DNA of 64,000 nt from assembly GCF_006345805.1 (NCBI RefSeq), contig NW_021835690.1:62001-126000 (forward strand), written 5' to 3'. Below are positions 12,644 through 23,808 of the stretch, piece by piece; the first letter of the stretch is position 1; each line of letters starts with the position of its first letter. The notes below the pieces were generated by a model. The model saw nothing but the letters and a program-made list of their open reading frames with translations. It ran no database searches and was not told where the DNA came from. The stretch comes from Octopus sinensis. Its lineage: Eukaryota. Made by a program: the position numbers and the translations under genes.

Positions 12644-13578
12644 AGCAGGAATTACGTTGACAGAACAAAACAAAACAGAGGCGCAGCAAAGCAATTCGAA
12701 CGAGGACGCTCCTTAAGAGCCCATGGTTATATATATATATATATATATATATATTTCTACTCCAAATTGCTGACATACTCGTAGTTGAAAAAAACATTTT
12801 TGGATTAATATACAACAACCAATAATCTACAATAGATGTTCCTCTCTTTGAAGTTTATCAGAAACAAACGTAACAGAGTCGTTTATGATTTATACAACTT
12901 CCCAAACATAATATCTAAAATGTTGTACTCATTACGCTTTTACTTGCTTCTAATTTCCTTTATGTGTTCTCCTTTATATTGTGTTTTTCTATAATCAAAG
13001 AAACTAATTATTTGCAAATAATTATGATTCATTCAACTACACTTATGATTTACTGTATTTTTGATACTAACAGAAATGCACGTAGTATTTTCTAATGATG
13101 GACACAGTCATCAATATATAAATTTTTATTTCTCTTCGATGATTTAATTTTTGTTTTTGCCTTTCCACGATTAATTTAATGTTGTACAACAACCAGCAGG
13201 TGAATGCTTATTTTTAAAAAAATCGATTACATCTGGATAAATATTTACATAGCAACTATACCAAGGTGAATATTTCTCTGAATATTTTAGTGAATATTCA
13301 TTTAAATATTCACATGATTCTTGTTCTAGAAAACGAGAAATTATTAATAGAAATGCAAAAAAAAATGATGAATAAAATGTAAATATTCAACTGCTGGAAT
13401 TAGATTGATACGCAGACACACACACACACATACATACATACATACATACATACATACATACATACATACATACATACATACATACATACATACATGCATG
13501 CATACATACAACACCTTAGCATACTGACATATATACATATATATATATACACACATACAAACTTATGTGTGTGTGTGT

Positions 13579-13725
13579 GGAGGCGCAATGGCCCAGTGGT
13601 TGGGGCAGCGAACTCGTGGTCGTAGGATCACGTTGTGAGTGTTTATTGAGCGAAAACACCTAAAACCTCCACGAGACTCTTGCAGGGGCTGGCGGCAAAT
13701 CCTGGTGTACTCTTTCACCACAACT
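13579..13725 (+). mobile_element. SINE family B, 5' fragment
   Basis: GGAGGCGCAATGGCCCAGTGG head plus GTTGTGAGTGTTTATTGAGCGAAAACACCTAAA, matching 27317, 39971 and 51807. Confidence 0.8.
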
Positions 13726-13977
13726 TTGTATAACATACACGCTTTTCCTCAAACTGAACACTGTTGCACAAGCTGACTGGGGCTCAAATAGATTAGCACA
13801 CTTCCTGATGGTTTCAAATTTTAACACCAGGCCAGTAATTTCGGGACAAGGATAAGTCGATTATATCGACCCCAGTGCTCAACTGCTACTTATTTTATTT
13901 ACCTTGAAATTATGAATGACAAAGCCGAACCCCGGCGGTATTTGAATTCAGAATGCTTAATCAATATTAATCTCAAT

Positions 13978-14375
13978 AAAGCGGCGAGCTCGCAGAAACG
14001 TTAGCACGTCGGGCGAAATGCTTAGCGGTATTTCGTCTGCCGCTACGTTCTGAGTTCAAATTCCGCCGAGGTCGACTTAGCCTTTCATCCTTTCGTGGTC
14101 GATTAAATAAGTACCAGTTATGCACTGGGATCGATGTAATCGACTTAATCCGTTTGTCTATCCTTGTTTGTCCTCTCTATGTTTAGCCCCTTGTGGGTAG
14201 TAAAGAAATAGGTATTTCGTCTGTCTTAATATTCTGAGTTCAAATTCCACCGAGGTCGACTTTGCCTTTCATCCTTTCAGGGTCGATGAATTAAGTACCA
14301 GTTGCGTACTGGGGGTCTATCTAATCGACTGGCCCCTCCCAAAAAATTTCAGGCCTTGTGCCTAGAGTAGAAAAG
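13978..14375 (+). mobile_element. Meta-domain-like SINE (family C), head plus two tandem bodies
   Basis: GCGGCGAGCT head, B-box-like GAGTTCAAATTCC, GCCTTTCATCCTTTCG-GGTCGAT-AA-TAAGTACCAG central domain. The second body restarts at TATTTCGTCTG after AAAGAAATAGG. Confidence 0.85.
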
Positions 14376-14611
14376 AATATTAACAGTCTCAATATTAATT
14401 GTTGTGCATATTAAAAGCAAGGTGGTACAGCAGAATAAAAGGTATCAAAGACAAAGATAATAGGATAGTGTTAAGAGAAGAAACTATTTAGACATCTCTT
14501 CACCACACACACTCTGACATACAGGCCACACCTACATATATATAACTGAGAAAAATGGAGGAAACGAGTTTGACGTCACTAGTTTGTAGACTTCTCTGTC
14601 TTGAGGTTTTT

Positions 14612-14781
14612 GCGGCGAGCTGGCAAAGGCGGCGAGCTGGCAAAGGCGGCGAGCTGGCAAAGGCGGCGAGCTGGCAAAGGCGGCGAGCTGGCAAAGGCGG
14701 CGAGCTGGCAAAGGCGGCGAGCTGGCAAAGGCGGCGAGCTGGCAAAGGCGGCGAGCTGGCAAAGGCGGCGAGCTGGCAAAG
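14612..14781 (+). repeat. Ten tandem copies of a 17-bp SINE-head motif (GCGGCGAGCTGGCAAAG)
   Basis: Exact 17-bp period running straight into the head of the SINE at 14782. Confidence 0.95.
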
Positions 14782-15015
14782 GCGGCGAGCTGGCAGAAAC
14801 GTTAGCACGCCGGGCGAAATGCTAAGCGGTGTTTCGTCGGTCTTTACGTTCTGAGTTCAAATTCCGCCGAGGTTGACTTTGCCTTTCATCCTTTCGGGGT
14901 CGATTAAATAAGTACCAGTTACGCGCTGGGGACGATATAATCGACTTAATACCTATGTCTGTCCTTGTTTGTCCTCTCTGCGTTTAGCCCCTTGTGGGTT
15001 GTAAAGAAATAGGTA
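14782..15015 (+). mobile_element. Meta-domain-like SINE (family C), full copy
   Basis: Same head, central domain and AAAGAAATAGG tail as the other family C copies. Confidence 0.9.
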
Positions 15016-15241
15016 TTTATGCCTAACGAAACGTAGCTTGGCAGACATGTTATCCAGCACTTACCTTGCAAACAGATCTGTAAATCAGAGTTATTCAAAG
15101 CGTGCTGGGCCACATGTATAGATATATACATATGTACACATACATGTCTACGCAAATGCACACACGTATATGTATAGATATTCACCCAAATACTTCACAT
15201 TTGGATGCACACACGCACACAGTCATACAACCGTAAACATA

Positions 15242-15636
15242 TCTTTATATATAAAAGTCAAGTTGTGTGTCTGTCTCCTACGATTTAGATTCCTAACTAC
15301 TCCCACATTTTGCGGTGCAGTTTAACCAAAACCGGGTATCTTATAGTCGTGATTCATATCGAGCCCTTCTGGGTATTAGCGCGCGTCTACGATGAGTCTA
15401 CATTGAAAAAAAATTTACCATCATTTTTTTCCCATTTTAATGCATTTTTTCGCTATTATATAACGGAAGTAACTCTCTAAAAATGTCTACGATGAGTCAA
15501 CGATTTAAAAAAAAATTACCATCATTTTTTTCCATTTTTAATGCATTTTTTTGCTATTTTCTGGCTATAACTCTCTAAAAATGCTTATATAGTTATTTCC
15601 CTTACAAACCCGAGCAACGCCGGGCGATACTGCTAG
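15242..15636 (+). mobile_element. Non-autonomous Helitron
   Basis: Starts TC after A, ends CTAG before T, with a subterminal GC-rich hairpin CCCGAGCAACGCCGGG about 12 bp from the end. Internal ~100-bp duplication. Confidence 0.75.
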
Positions 15637-16022
15637 TATGAAATAAAATCATTTCTATGTATACACATGCAATCCCAGATATTCTTTACCATCCATATTC
15701 ATGCACAGGCAAGCATATCGCTTGCCGCCCTCAGCAACTCCGGATACAACTACATGCACACGTAACCCGTCGTCTCTCTAAGCTTTTGTGCCTGGGTGTA
15801 TGTTTGTCAGCTCCCACAAGTACAAGAGTCAAAATTATGCAAAGCTGTTATCTATGTAAGTATCGTATAATGCTGTATCCTCCCGCGTGGATATACACTG
15901 AATATGATATATGACAGCATACGGAATAACTTCCAATACCTGCAGTGTACAATACTGAGTTACGTAACACCTTTCAATAAATTATAGATACGCAGAAACA
16001 CACGCGGATGTCTGTATGTATG

Positions 16023-16054
<32 letters not shown>

Positions 16055-16381
16055 ACGTGGTATTTTGCTTAAGTCTTCGACATCTATGAAATAACCTTTT
16101 CTTTTCTTTTTTGAAAGAAATATGTTCGTTATATTTCGCCTGTCTTCGTTATTCTAAAACGACGTATTGAAAAAGTCGACATGTTATAAAAGGCGTCACA
16201 AATAAATTCCATTCTAAAACTTTAAAGAAATGTAAGTTAAGTTCTGCTTTCTTTATCTTTCCCCCCCCCCCCCAAAAAAAAACATTTCAAAAATCTGAGT
16301 ATTGATTTTGTAATATCAACATACACATATCCACAACCACATGCATACGAAATACGCTACACATACATTAGTAGGCAAACA

Positions 16382-16805
16382 TACTCTTTACTCTCTTTTA
16401 CTCTTTTACTTGTTTCAGTCATTTGATTGCGGCCATGCTGGAGCACCGCCTTTAATCGAGCAAATCGACCCCGGGACTTATTCTTTGTAAGCCCAATACT
16501 TATTCTATCGGTCTCTTTTGCCGAACCGCTAAGTGACGGGGACGTAAACACACCAGCATCGGTTGTCAAGCAATGCTAGGGGGACAAACACAGACACACA
16601 AACATACACGCACACATACATATATATATATATACATATATACGACGGGCTTCTTTCAGTTTCCGTCTACCAAATCCACTCACAAGGTTTTGGTCGGCCC
16701 GAGGCTATAGTAGAAGACACTTGCCCAAGGTGCCACGCAGTGGGACTTAACCCGGAACCTTGTGGTTGGTAAACAAGCTACTTACCACACAGCCACTCCT
16801 GCGCC
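16382..16805 (-). mobile_element. CORE-like SINE (family A), full length
   Basis: Reverse complement of family A from tail (TACTCTTT)n to head CCACTCCTGCGCC. Confidence 0.9.
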
Positions 16806-17100
16806 TATATACTGTTAATGAAACAACAACGACAACAACATTCGGAGAGAAATCAGAAATAACCAGTTGAATGAAATTGTTAAGACTGCTGTTACACACA
16901 TTTAAAACCACATCACAGACAAGACAGAGAACAAAATATCAATGTAACCAGGGAATGTAGAACCGCACAACTGGCGCATATTGGTTAAATTAAATCCAAA
17001 GTATCAAACGGTCTGAAACTCTCCGACAATAGCCACAGTAACTGCAACAACAGAGATTCGAAATTCCCTCCTAATGGTAACACTTTCAGCTCTGACTTTA

Positions 17101-17507
17101 GAAGTGGCTGTGTGGTAAGTAGCTTGCTTACCAACCACATAGTTCCGGGTTCAGTCCCACTGTGTGGCACCTCGGGCAAGTGTCTTCTACTATAGCCCCG
17201 GGACGACCAAAGCCTTGTGAATGGATTTGGTAGACGGAAACTGAAAGAAGCCCGTCGTATATATGTATATATATATATGTGTATGTGCGTGTTTGTGTCT
17301 GCGTTTGTCTCCCCAACATCGCTTGACAACCGATGCTGGTGTGTCACGTCCCCGTAACTTTGCGGTTCGGCAAAAAGAGACCGATAAAATAAGTACTAGG
17401 CTTACAAAGAATAAGTCCTGGGGTCGATTTGATCGACTAAAGGCGGTGCTCCAGCATGGCCACAGTCACATGACTGAAACAAGTAAAAGAGTAAAAGAGT
17501 AAAAGAG
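17101..17507 (+). mobile_element. CORE-like SINE (family A), full length
   Basis: Matches other family A copies; tail (GTAAAAGA)n. Confidence 0.9.
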
Positions 17508-18013
17508 TTCCTTCTAATTGAAGCATTAATAGTTGTGGTGGTAATTGTGGTTTTGATGGTGGTGAAGAACGGGAAAGACGTTGGTACTGCTGCACATACT
17601 AGTGACAGCTGTAGCAGTTGTGGCAGTAGTTTTATTAAATGCCACGATAGCAGCAGCAACAGCAGCCGTCCAAGAATTTGGACCTGGAGATCTCTATTTC
17701 CAGCGACTTCGAGGGCCACCTCCCAGTGGTGTCGGGCGTCAAAGAAGAGTCCTCCACTACAACAAGACGACCAAAGTTTTTTTTTTTTTACCAAGGTTTG
17801 GGGTCTCCCGCCCCTACGCCCTAGACCATCACCTAATCACCCTTACCGTTTTGTTGCTTAATAATAACAACAACAACAACAACAGCATCAGTGGCAGGAG
17901 AATTAACTGATTCTCTAATTGAAAAAGTTGACAATTTTCAAACCCTTGACCGTGACTTACCTATGCGATGTGTACTCTGATCCACTTGCTGGATGTCTAT
18001 CAACTTGCTCATT

Positions 18014-18250
18014 TTTCTCTTTTACTCTTTTACTTGTTTCAGTCATTTGACTGCGGCCATGCTGGAGCACCACCTTTAATCGAGCAACTCGACCCCAGGA
18101 CTTATTCTTTTGTAAGCCCAGTACTTATTCTATCGGTCTCTTTTGCCGAACCGCTAAGTGACGGGGACGTAAACACACCACCTCCGGTTGTCAAGCGATG
18201 TTGGGGGGACAAACACAGACATACAAACTCACACACACACACACACACAG

Positions 18251-18304
<54 letters not shown>
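18014..18304 (-). mobile_element. CORE-like SINE (family A), 3' half, interrupted at its central microsatellite
   Basis: Tail and 3' body present; the 5' half resumes at about 20072-20171. Confidence 0.85.
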
Positions 18305-18306
<2 letters not shown>

Positions 18307-18525
18307 TAGTCAATTTAGGGTAGCAAAAAAATTCAATAGAATTTATCGCAACCAGCGCCCTGGTGGAAAAGAGAAAATAGTCATCGACTAAATATATAAT
18401 ATAACAATTTAGGAGTGACCCCAACAGGTCACTCGTCCACCAGAAAGAGCAGCCATACCTCACACCACGCCAAGTAGTATTAATTCAGAAATTAGGTGAA
18501 AATTTAAAAACATTTACCCTAATTC

Positions 18526-18627
18526 ATCTTTTAGACGTTGCAAACGTTCTGTGTCATAATGATTAAATTAGCTTAATTAAATTAATTAAGCCAATCTACC
18601 ATAGGTTACACTTCATCAGTAAAAGAC
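18526..18627 (-). ncRNA. Type I HHR, copy with indels in core/helix III
   Basis: Same as the copy at 18996 but reads GAAC instead of GAAAC and has an extra base in helix III. Confidence 0.55.
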
Positions 18628-18995
18628 CTGGGAGAGACAAATATACACGAGACGTCTGTATCGATGCCTACGGGATATCTGACTTAAAATTTTCAAGACT
18701 GACGTATTCGCGCCAAACTTATCAACAGTAATATAAACTGCCGATTCAATCTCAGAATTATTCAGAAAATTATCAATTAGTCAATTTAGGGTAGCAAAAA
18801 AATTCACAATAGAAATTTATCGCACCAGCGGCCTGGTGGAAAAGAGAAAATAGTCATCGACTAAATATATAAATAAACAATTTAGGAGTGACCCCAACAG
18901 GTCACTCGTCCACCAGAAAGAGCAGCCATAACTCACACCGCCAAGTAGTATTAATTCAGAAATTAGGTGAAAATTTAAAACATTTACCCTAATTC

Positions 18996-19099
18996 ATCTT
19001 TTAGACGTTGCAACGTTTCTGTGTCATTAATGATTAAATTAGCTTAATTAAATTAAATTAAGCCAATCTACCATAGGTTACACTTCATCAGTAAAAGAC
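18996..19099 (-). ncRNA. Type I hammerhead ribozyme, intact motif
   Basis: GUCUUUUA-CUGAUGA-A-GUGU...ACAC-A-GAAAC-GUUGCAAC-GUC-UAAAAGAU: 8-bp helix I, 12-nt palindromic helix III. Confidence 0.75.
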
Positions 19100-19829
19100 C
19101 TGGGAGAGACAAATATACACGAGACGTCTGTATCGATGCCTACGGGATATCTGACTTAAAATTTTCAAGACTGACGTATTCGCGCCAAACTTATCAACAG
19201 TAAATATAAACTGCCGATTCAATCTCAGAATTATTCAGAAAATTATCAATTAGTCAATTTAGGGTAGCAAAAAAATTCAATAGAAATTTATCGCAACCAG
19301 CGGCCTGGTGGAAAAGAGAAAATAGTCATCGACTAAATATATAAATATAACAATTTAGGAGTGACCCCAACAGGTCACTCGTCCACCAGAAAGCAGCAGC
19401 CATAACTCACACCCAAGTAGTATTAATTCAGAAATTAGGTGAATTATCAATTAGTCAATTTAGGGTAGCAAAAGAATTCAATAGAAATTTTCACCTAATT
19501 TCTGAATTAATACTACTTGGCGGTGTGTTATGCTGCTCTTTCTGGTGGACGAGTGACCTGTTGGGGTCACTCCTAAATTGTTATATTTATATTTAGTCGA
19601 TGACTATTTTCTCTTTTCCACCAGGCCGCTGGTTGCGATAAATTTCTATTGAATTTTTTTGCTACCCTAAATTGACTAATTGATAATTTTCTGAATAATT
19701 CTGAGATTGAATCGGCAGTTTATATTTACTGTTGATAAGTTTGGCGCGAATACGTCAGTCTTGAAAATTTTAAGTCAGATATCCCGTAGGCATCGATACA
19801 GACGTCTCGTGTATATTTGTCTCTCCCAG

Positions 19830-19933
19830 GTCTTTTACTGATGAAGTGTAACCTATGGTAGATTGGCTTAATTTAATTTAATTAAGCTAATTTAATCATT
19901 AATGACACAGAAACGTTGCAACGTCTAAAAGAT
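19830..19933 (+). ncRNA. Type I hammerhead ribozyme, intact motif
   Basis: Identical motif in the inverted arm; CTGATGA 19838-19844, GAAAC 19910-19914, predicted cleavage after C19925. Confidence 0.75.
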
Positions 19934-20071
19934 GAATTAGGGTAAATGTTTTTAAATTTTCACCTAATTTCTGAATTAATACTACTTGGCGGTGTGAGTT
20001 ATGGCTGCTCTTTCTGGTGGACGAGTGACCTGTTGGGGTCACTCCTAAATTGTTATATATATATATACATA

Positions 20072-20171
20072 TATAGTAGAAGACCCTAGCCCAAAGTGCC
20101 ACGCAGTGAGACTGACCCTGGAACCATGTGGTTGGTAAACAAGCTACTTACCACACAGCTACTCCTGCGCC
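20072..20171 (-). mobile_element. CORE-like SINE (family A), 5' part of the copy interrupted at 18304
   Basis: TATAGTAGAAGAC...GTGCCACGCAGTG...ACCACACAGCTACTCCTGCGCC. Confidence 0.85.
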
Positions 20172-20627
20172 TCATTTTGCAATGACAACACCTCTAACAA
20201 CTACTGATTAATGTACATGCTCTCAGCTGGTGGAACAGTCATTGAACAAGAGGTCACTCTGATGAGGAATATTCATGGAATATTCGAATATTCGAATATG
20301 GAATATTCGAATATAACGAATATAACGCTGATCGAGTTATCAAAGTCTGAACTAAAAACAAAACGGTAACCTTCAGTTCTTAGTGCTTCTGCATCATACA
20401 TCAATTTGTAAGCCATCAGCAGTCAGTCATTTCTAGCACTTTTCACAAATGACCTCAGCTTGCTTTATTTGATAAACAAACACGACATTTTGTTTCTGTA
20501 ATTGATTCCTTGGCGAGGTGAATATTTTTCTGACGGAAAATTACTCTCACCACTTTTTGACATGTTTATGTTACAATTATATATTTTCATGTTTTTAACA
20601 TGTCTATTTTACATGTTTATATACACA

Positions 20628-21148
20628 GCAGGAGTGGCTGTGTGGTAAGTAGCTTGTTTACCAGCCACATGGTTCCGGGTTCAGTCCTACTACGTGGCAC
20701 CTTGGGCAAGTGGCTTCTACTATAGCCTCGGGCCGACCAAAACCTTGTGAGTGGATTCGGTAGACGGAAACTGAAAGAAGCCCGTCGTATATATGTATAT
20801 ATATATATATTCGTGTGTGTGTTTGTGTGTCTGTGTCCCCCCCCCCTAGCATTGCTTGACAACCGATGCGGGTGTGTTTATGTCCCCGTTACTTAGCGGT
20901 AACTTAACGGTCTGAAACTTAATAAAATCCTCTCCGACAATAGCCACAATAATGGCCACAACAAAGATTCAAAATTCCCACCTAATGGTAGAGATAACAA
21001 CACTTTCAGCTCTGTCTTTCGATAGAATAAGTACTGGGCTTACAAAAGAATAAGTCCCGGGGTCGAGTTGCTCGATTAAAGGCGGTGCTCCAGCATGGCC
21101 GCAGTCAAATGACTGAAACAAGTAAAAGAGTAAAAGAGAGTAAAGAGT
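20628..21148 (+). mobile_element. CORE-like SINE (family A) carrying a ~115-bp foreign segment
   Basis: Family A head and tail; 20901-21019 replaces TCGGCAAAAGAGAC. Confidence 0.85.
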
Positions 21149-21591
21149 AACTATAGTTTCACTCGCATGGATTTCTTGTTTCCTTTTATCTCTGACCTAC
21201 AATACCATGGCAACACAAAGCATTATGAAAGATGATTTAAAGATAAACAAACGTCCGCAATATTTTGTTTCTTTTCTAAAATATTAAAATTTCGGTGAAA
21301 TTTAGGACTATGTTATCGATTGGTTTTTCTTTTCGCCACTTTCTTATCCTATGAACATGTGTTTTTTTCACAAATCAGTTTTCTCTGTAAATATGCCTTT
21401 CCACTAATTTGTCTTTTGGCTAATGAACTTTCCATTAATATATCTTCAATGAACGAATTTACTAAGTCAGGGCGATGGTGCAGAGGTTCACTTCGGGATC
21501 AATGACTACAACCAGTCCTACATTACAGGTTGCATAACATGTAGCATAGTTGTGGTGGTCTTCACTAGGAGTTCAGATTTTCCTTAGTATG

Positions 21592-21824
21592 CTCTCTCTC
21601 TCTCTTTTACTATTTTACTTGTTTCAGTCATTTGACTGCGGCCATGCTGGAGCACCGTCTTTAGTCGACCAAATCGACCCGGGACTTATTCTTTGTAAGC
21701 CCAGTACTTATTCTATCGGTCTCTTTTGCCGAACCGCTAAGTTACAGGGACATAAACACACCAGCATCGGTTGTCAAGGGACAAACACAGACACACAAAC
21801 ATATTCACACACATGCATATACAT

Positions 21825-21863
<39 letters not shown>

Positions 21864-22037
21864 CATATATATATACACATACATATATACGACGGGCTTC
21901 TTTCAGTTTCCGTCTACCAAGGCTTTGGTCGGCCCGAGGCTATAGTAGAAGACACTTGCCCAAGGTGCCACGCAGTGGGACTGAACCCAGAACCATGTGG
22001 TTCGTAAGCATGCTACTTACCACACCGCAACTCCTGC
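21592..22037 (-). mobile_element. CORE-like SINE (family A)
   Basis: Reverse complement of family A with small deletions. Confidence 0.9.
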
Positions 22038-22374
22038 AATAAATTTTACTCAAATATTATTATCAAACACCCCGTAAATGTTTACTGGTTCTAATTCCTG
22101 AAATCCCGTTCAAATTACATGAAGAAAATTAGCAATTACATATATTCATATATTGTTTTATTCGTTTGTTTTAATCAGTGAAGTGCGACTGTTCTGGTGA
22201 ACCATCTTGAAATTGTTTTGTCGAATAAACAGAACACACCACTTATTTTGTCGTTAATTTTGCCCGAACCGCTAGGTTAGGAGTACGTAAAAAATCAAAG
22301 TCATTTGGAACGAACAAATAATTCACACACACGCACACATATGCACGTATGATATATGTGTGTGTGAGTGTGCG

Positions 22375-22502
22375 TGTATATATATATATATATCTATATA
22401 TATATATATATATATAGATATATATATATATAATATACATATATATATATATTATATATATATATAATACATATATATATATAATAATATATATATATAT
22501 AC

Positions 22503-22535
<33 letters not shown>

Positions 22536-22663
22536 ATACATATATATATATACATATATATATTATATACATATATATATATAATACATATATATATATA
22601 TATATATCATATATATATAATATATTATATATATATATATATATATAGATATATTATATATAC

Positions 22664-22708
<45 letters not shown>

Positions 22709-22832
22709 TATATTATAATATATATATATATATTATATATATACATATATATATATATATCTATATATATATATATATACATATATATAGATATATATAT
22801 ATATTATATATATATTATATATATATATATAT
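22375..22832. repeat. Long degenerate (TA)n microsatellite
   Basis: Direct reading. Confidence 0.95.
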
Positions 22833-22837
22833 AAAAT

Positions 22838-23554
22838 TAATCAAAATAAAAACATGATGCCAAGGCTTCACGGTACATATGTTTCGGGCCTTTATTAGAC
22901 GGATTTATAACAATGCATAATGTGTGTCTATGGCTTTCTTCAGCCGCGCACAACTACTATCTCAAGGACATGTATTACATCAAAAATTCTACGTTGGGGA
23001 TGCAAATCCTCTCATTCGCGTATGACATAATGCGGCAACAGCATAAAAATGAAGCGTCCATCTCGTCCTTCTCTCAATGTAGAATGAGGAAGTTTGGATG
23101 TTGAGGTGATATAAATAAATGAATAAATAAATATATACATATATAAATACAGACAGACGTGAAGGAACCTGGTAATAAGAGCAAATAGGGATAAAGATGG
23201 AGGGGCGAGAATTCAGGACGAAGGATAAAAAAAAAATATATAAAAGTGTAAGTATAGAAAAATATAAAAATGTAGAGTATAAAGATATAAGGAGATATAA
23301 AAAAATATAAAAAAATATAAATGAATATAAAGGTATAAAGTTATAAAAAAATAAAAAAAGATTTGATCCTACATAACCGCGACAACCTTTAGTACTTGAC
23401 GAACCCAAACATGATAAATCCGTCTAATAAAAGCCCGAAACATATGCACCGCTGAAGCCTTGGCATCATGTTTTTATTTTGATCAATTTACTCCACCACC
23501 TACACCACCAAACGGTATATACAGGTGCTTACAATTATCAAGTACTCACCCTGA

Positions 23555-23557
<3 letters not shown>
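22838..23557. mobile_element. PLE-like remnant with ~70-bp inverted terminal segments and an HHR motif
   Basis: 22838-22908 is repeated inverted at 23414-23483. HHR on minus at 22869-22948: CGCGG-CUGAAGA-AAGCC...GGCCC-GAAAC-AUAU-GUA-CCGUG. (TA)n on both sides. Confidence 0.6.
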
Positions 23558-23592
<35 letters not shown>

Positions 23593-23598
<6 letters not shown>

Positions 23599-23762
23599 GA
23601 AGGAGCTTCTACAGGACTAGAACTGTTTCATTCAAGAGAAATTTCTCTTGAATGAAACAGTTCTAGTCCTGTAGAAGCTCCTTCTATATAATAAATTAAT
23701 TTTACTCTGCTATGTATTGAGTACCTTATTTACTGTGGTTAACCCCGAATCAACCCGGGACC

Positions 23763-23765
<3 letters not shown>
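23593..23765 (+). mobile_element. PLE/retrozyme-like fragment with a 98-bp perfect fold-back (same family as 9494)
   Basis: Palindrome 23593-23690 (axis 23641/23642). The right continuation is nearly identical to 9620-9692. Confidence 0.7.

Positions 23766-23808
<43 letters not shown>

Larger units (their letters stand above)
18305..20062. mobile_element. ~472-bp HHR-containing tandem/inverted repeat element (retrozyme/PLE-like)
   Basis: Unit starts at 18305, 18776 and 19249 (third partial), short restart at 19443-19490, then about 1.2 units inverted (19488-20062). (TA)n on both sides; no long ORF. Confidence 0.85.

Noticed and set aside
14500-14854. ORFs with a 17-aa periodic repeat
   Set aside because: Artefact of the 17-bp SINE-head array.
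20245-20310. CTGATGAG followed by GAATATTC repeats as a hammerhead
   Set aside because: No GAAA-C, no GUH triplet and no helix I; better explained as short ATTCGAAT repeats.
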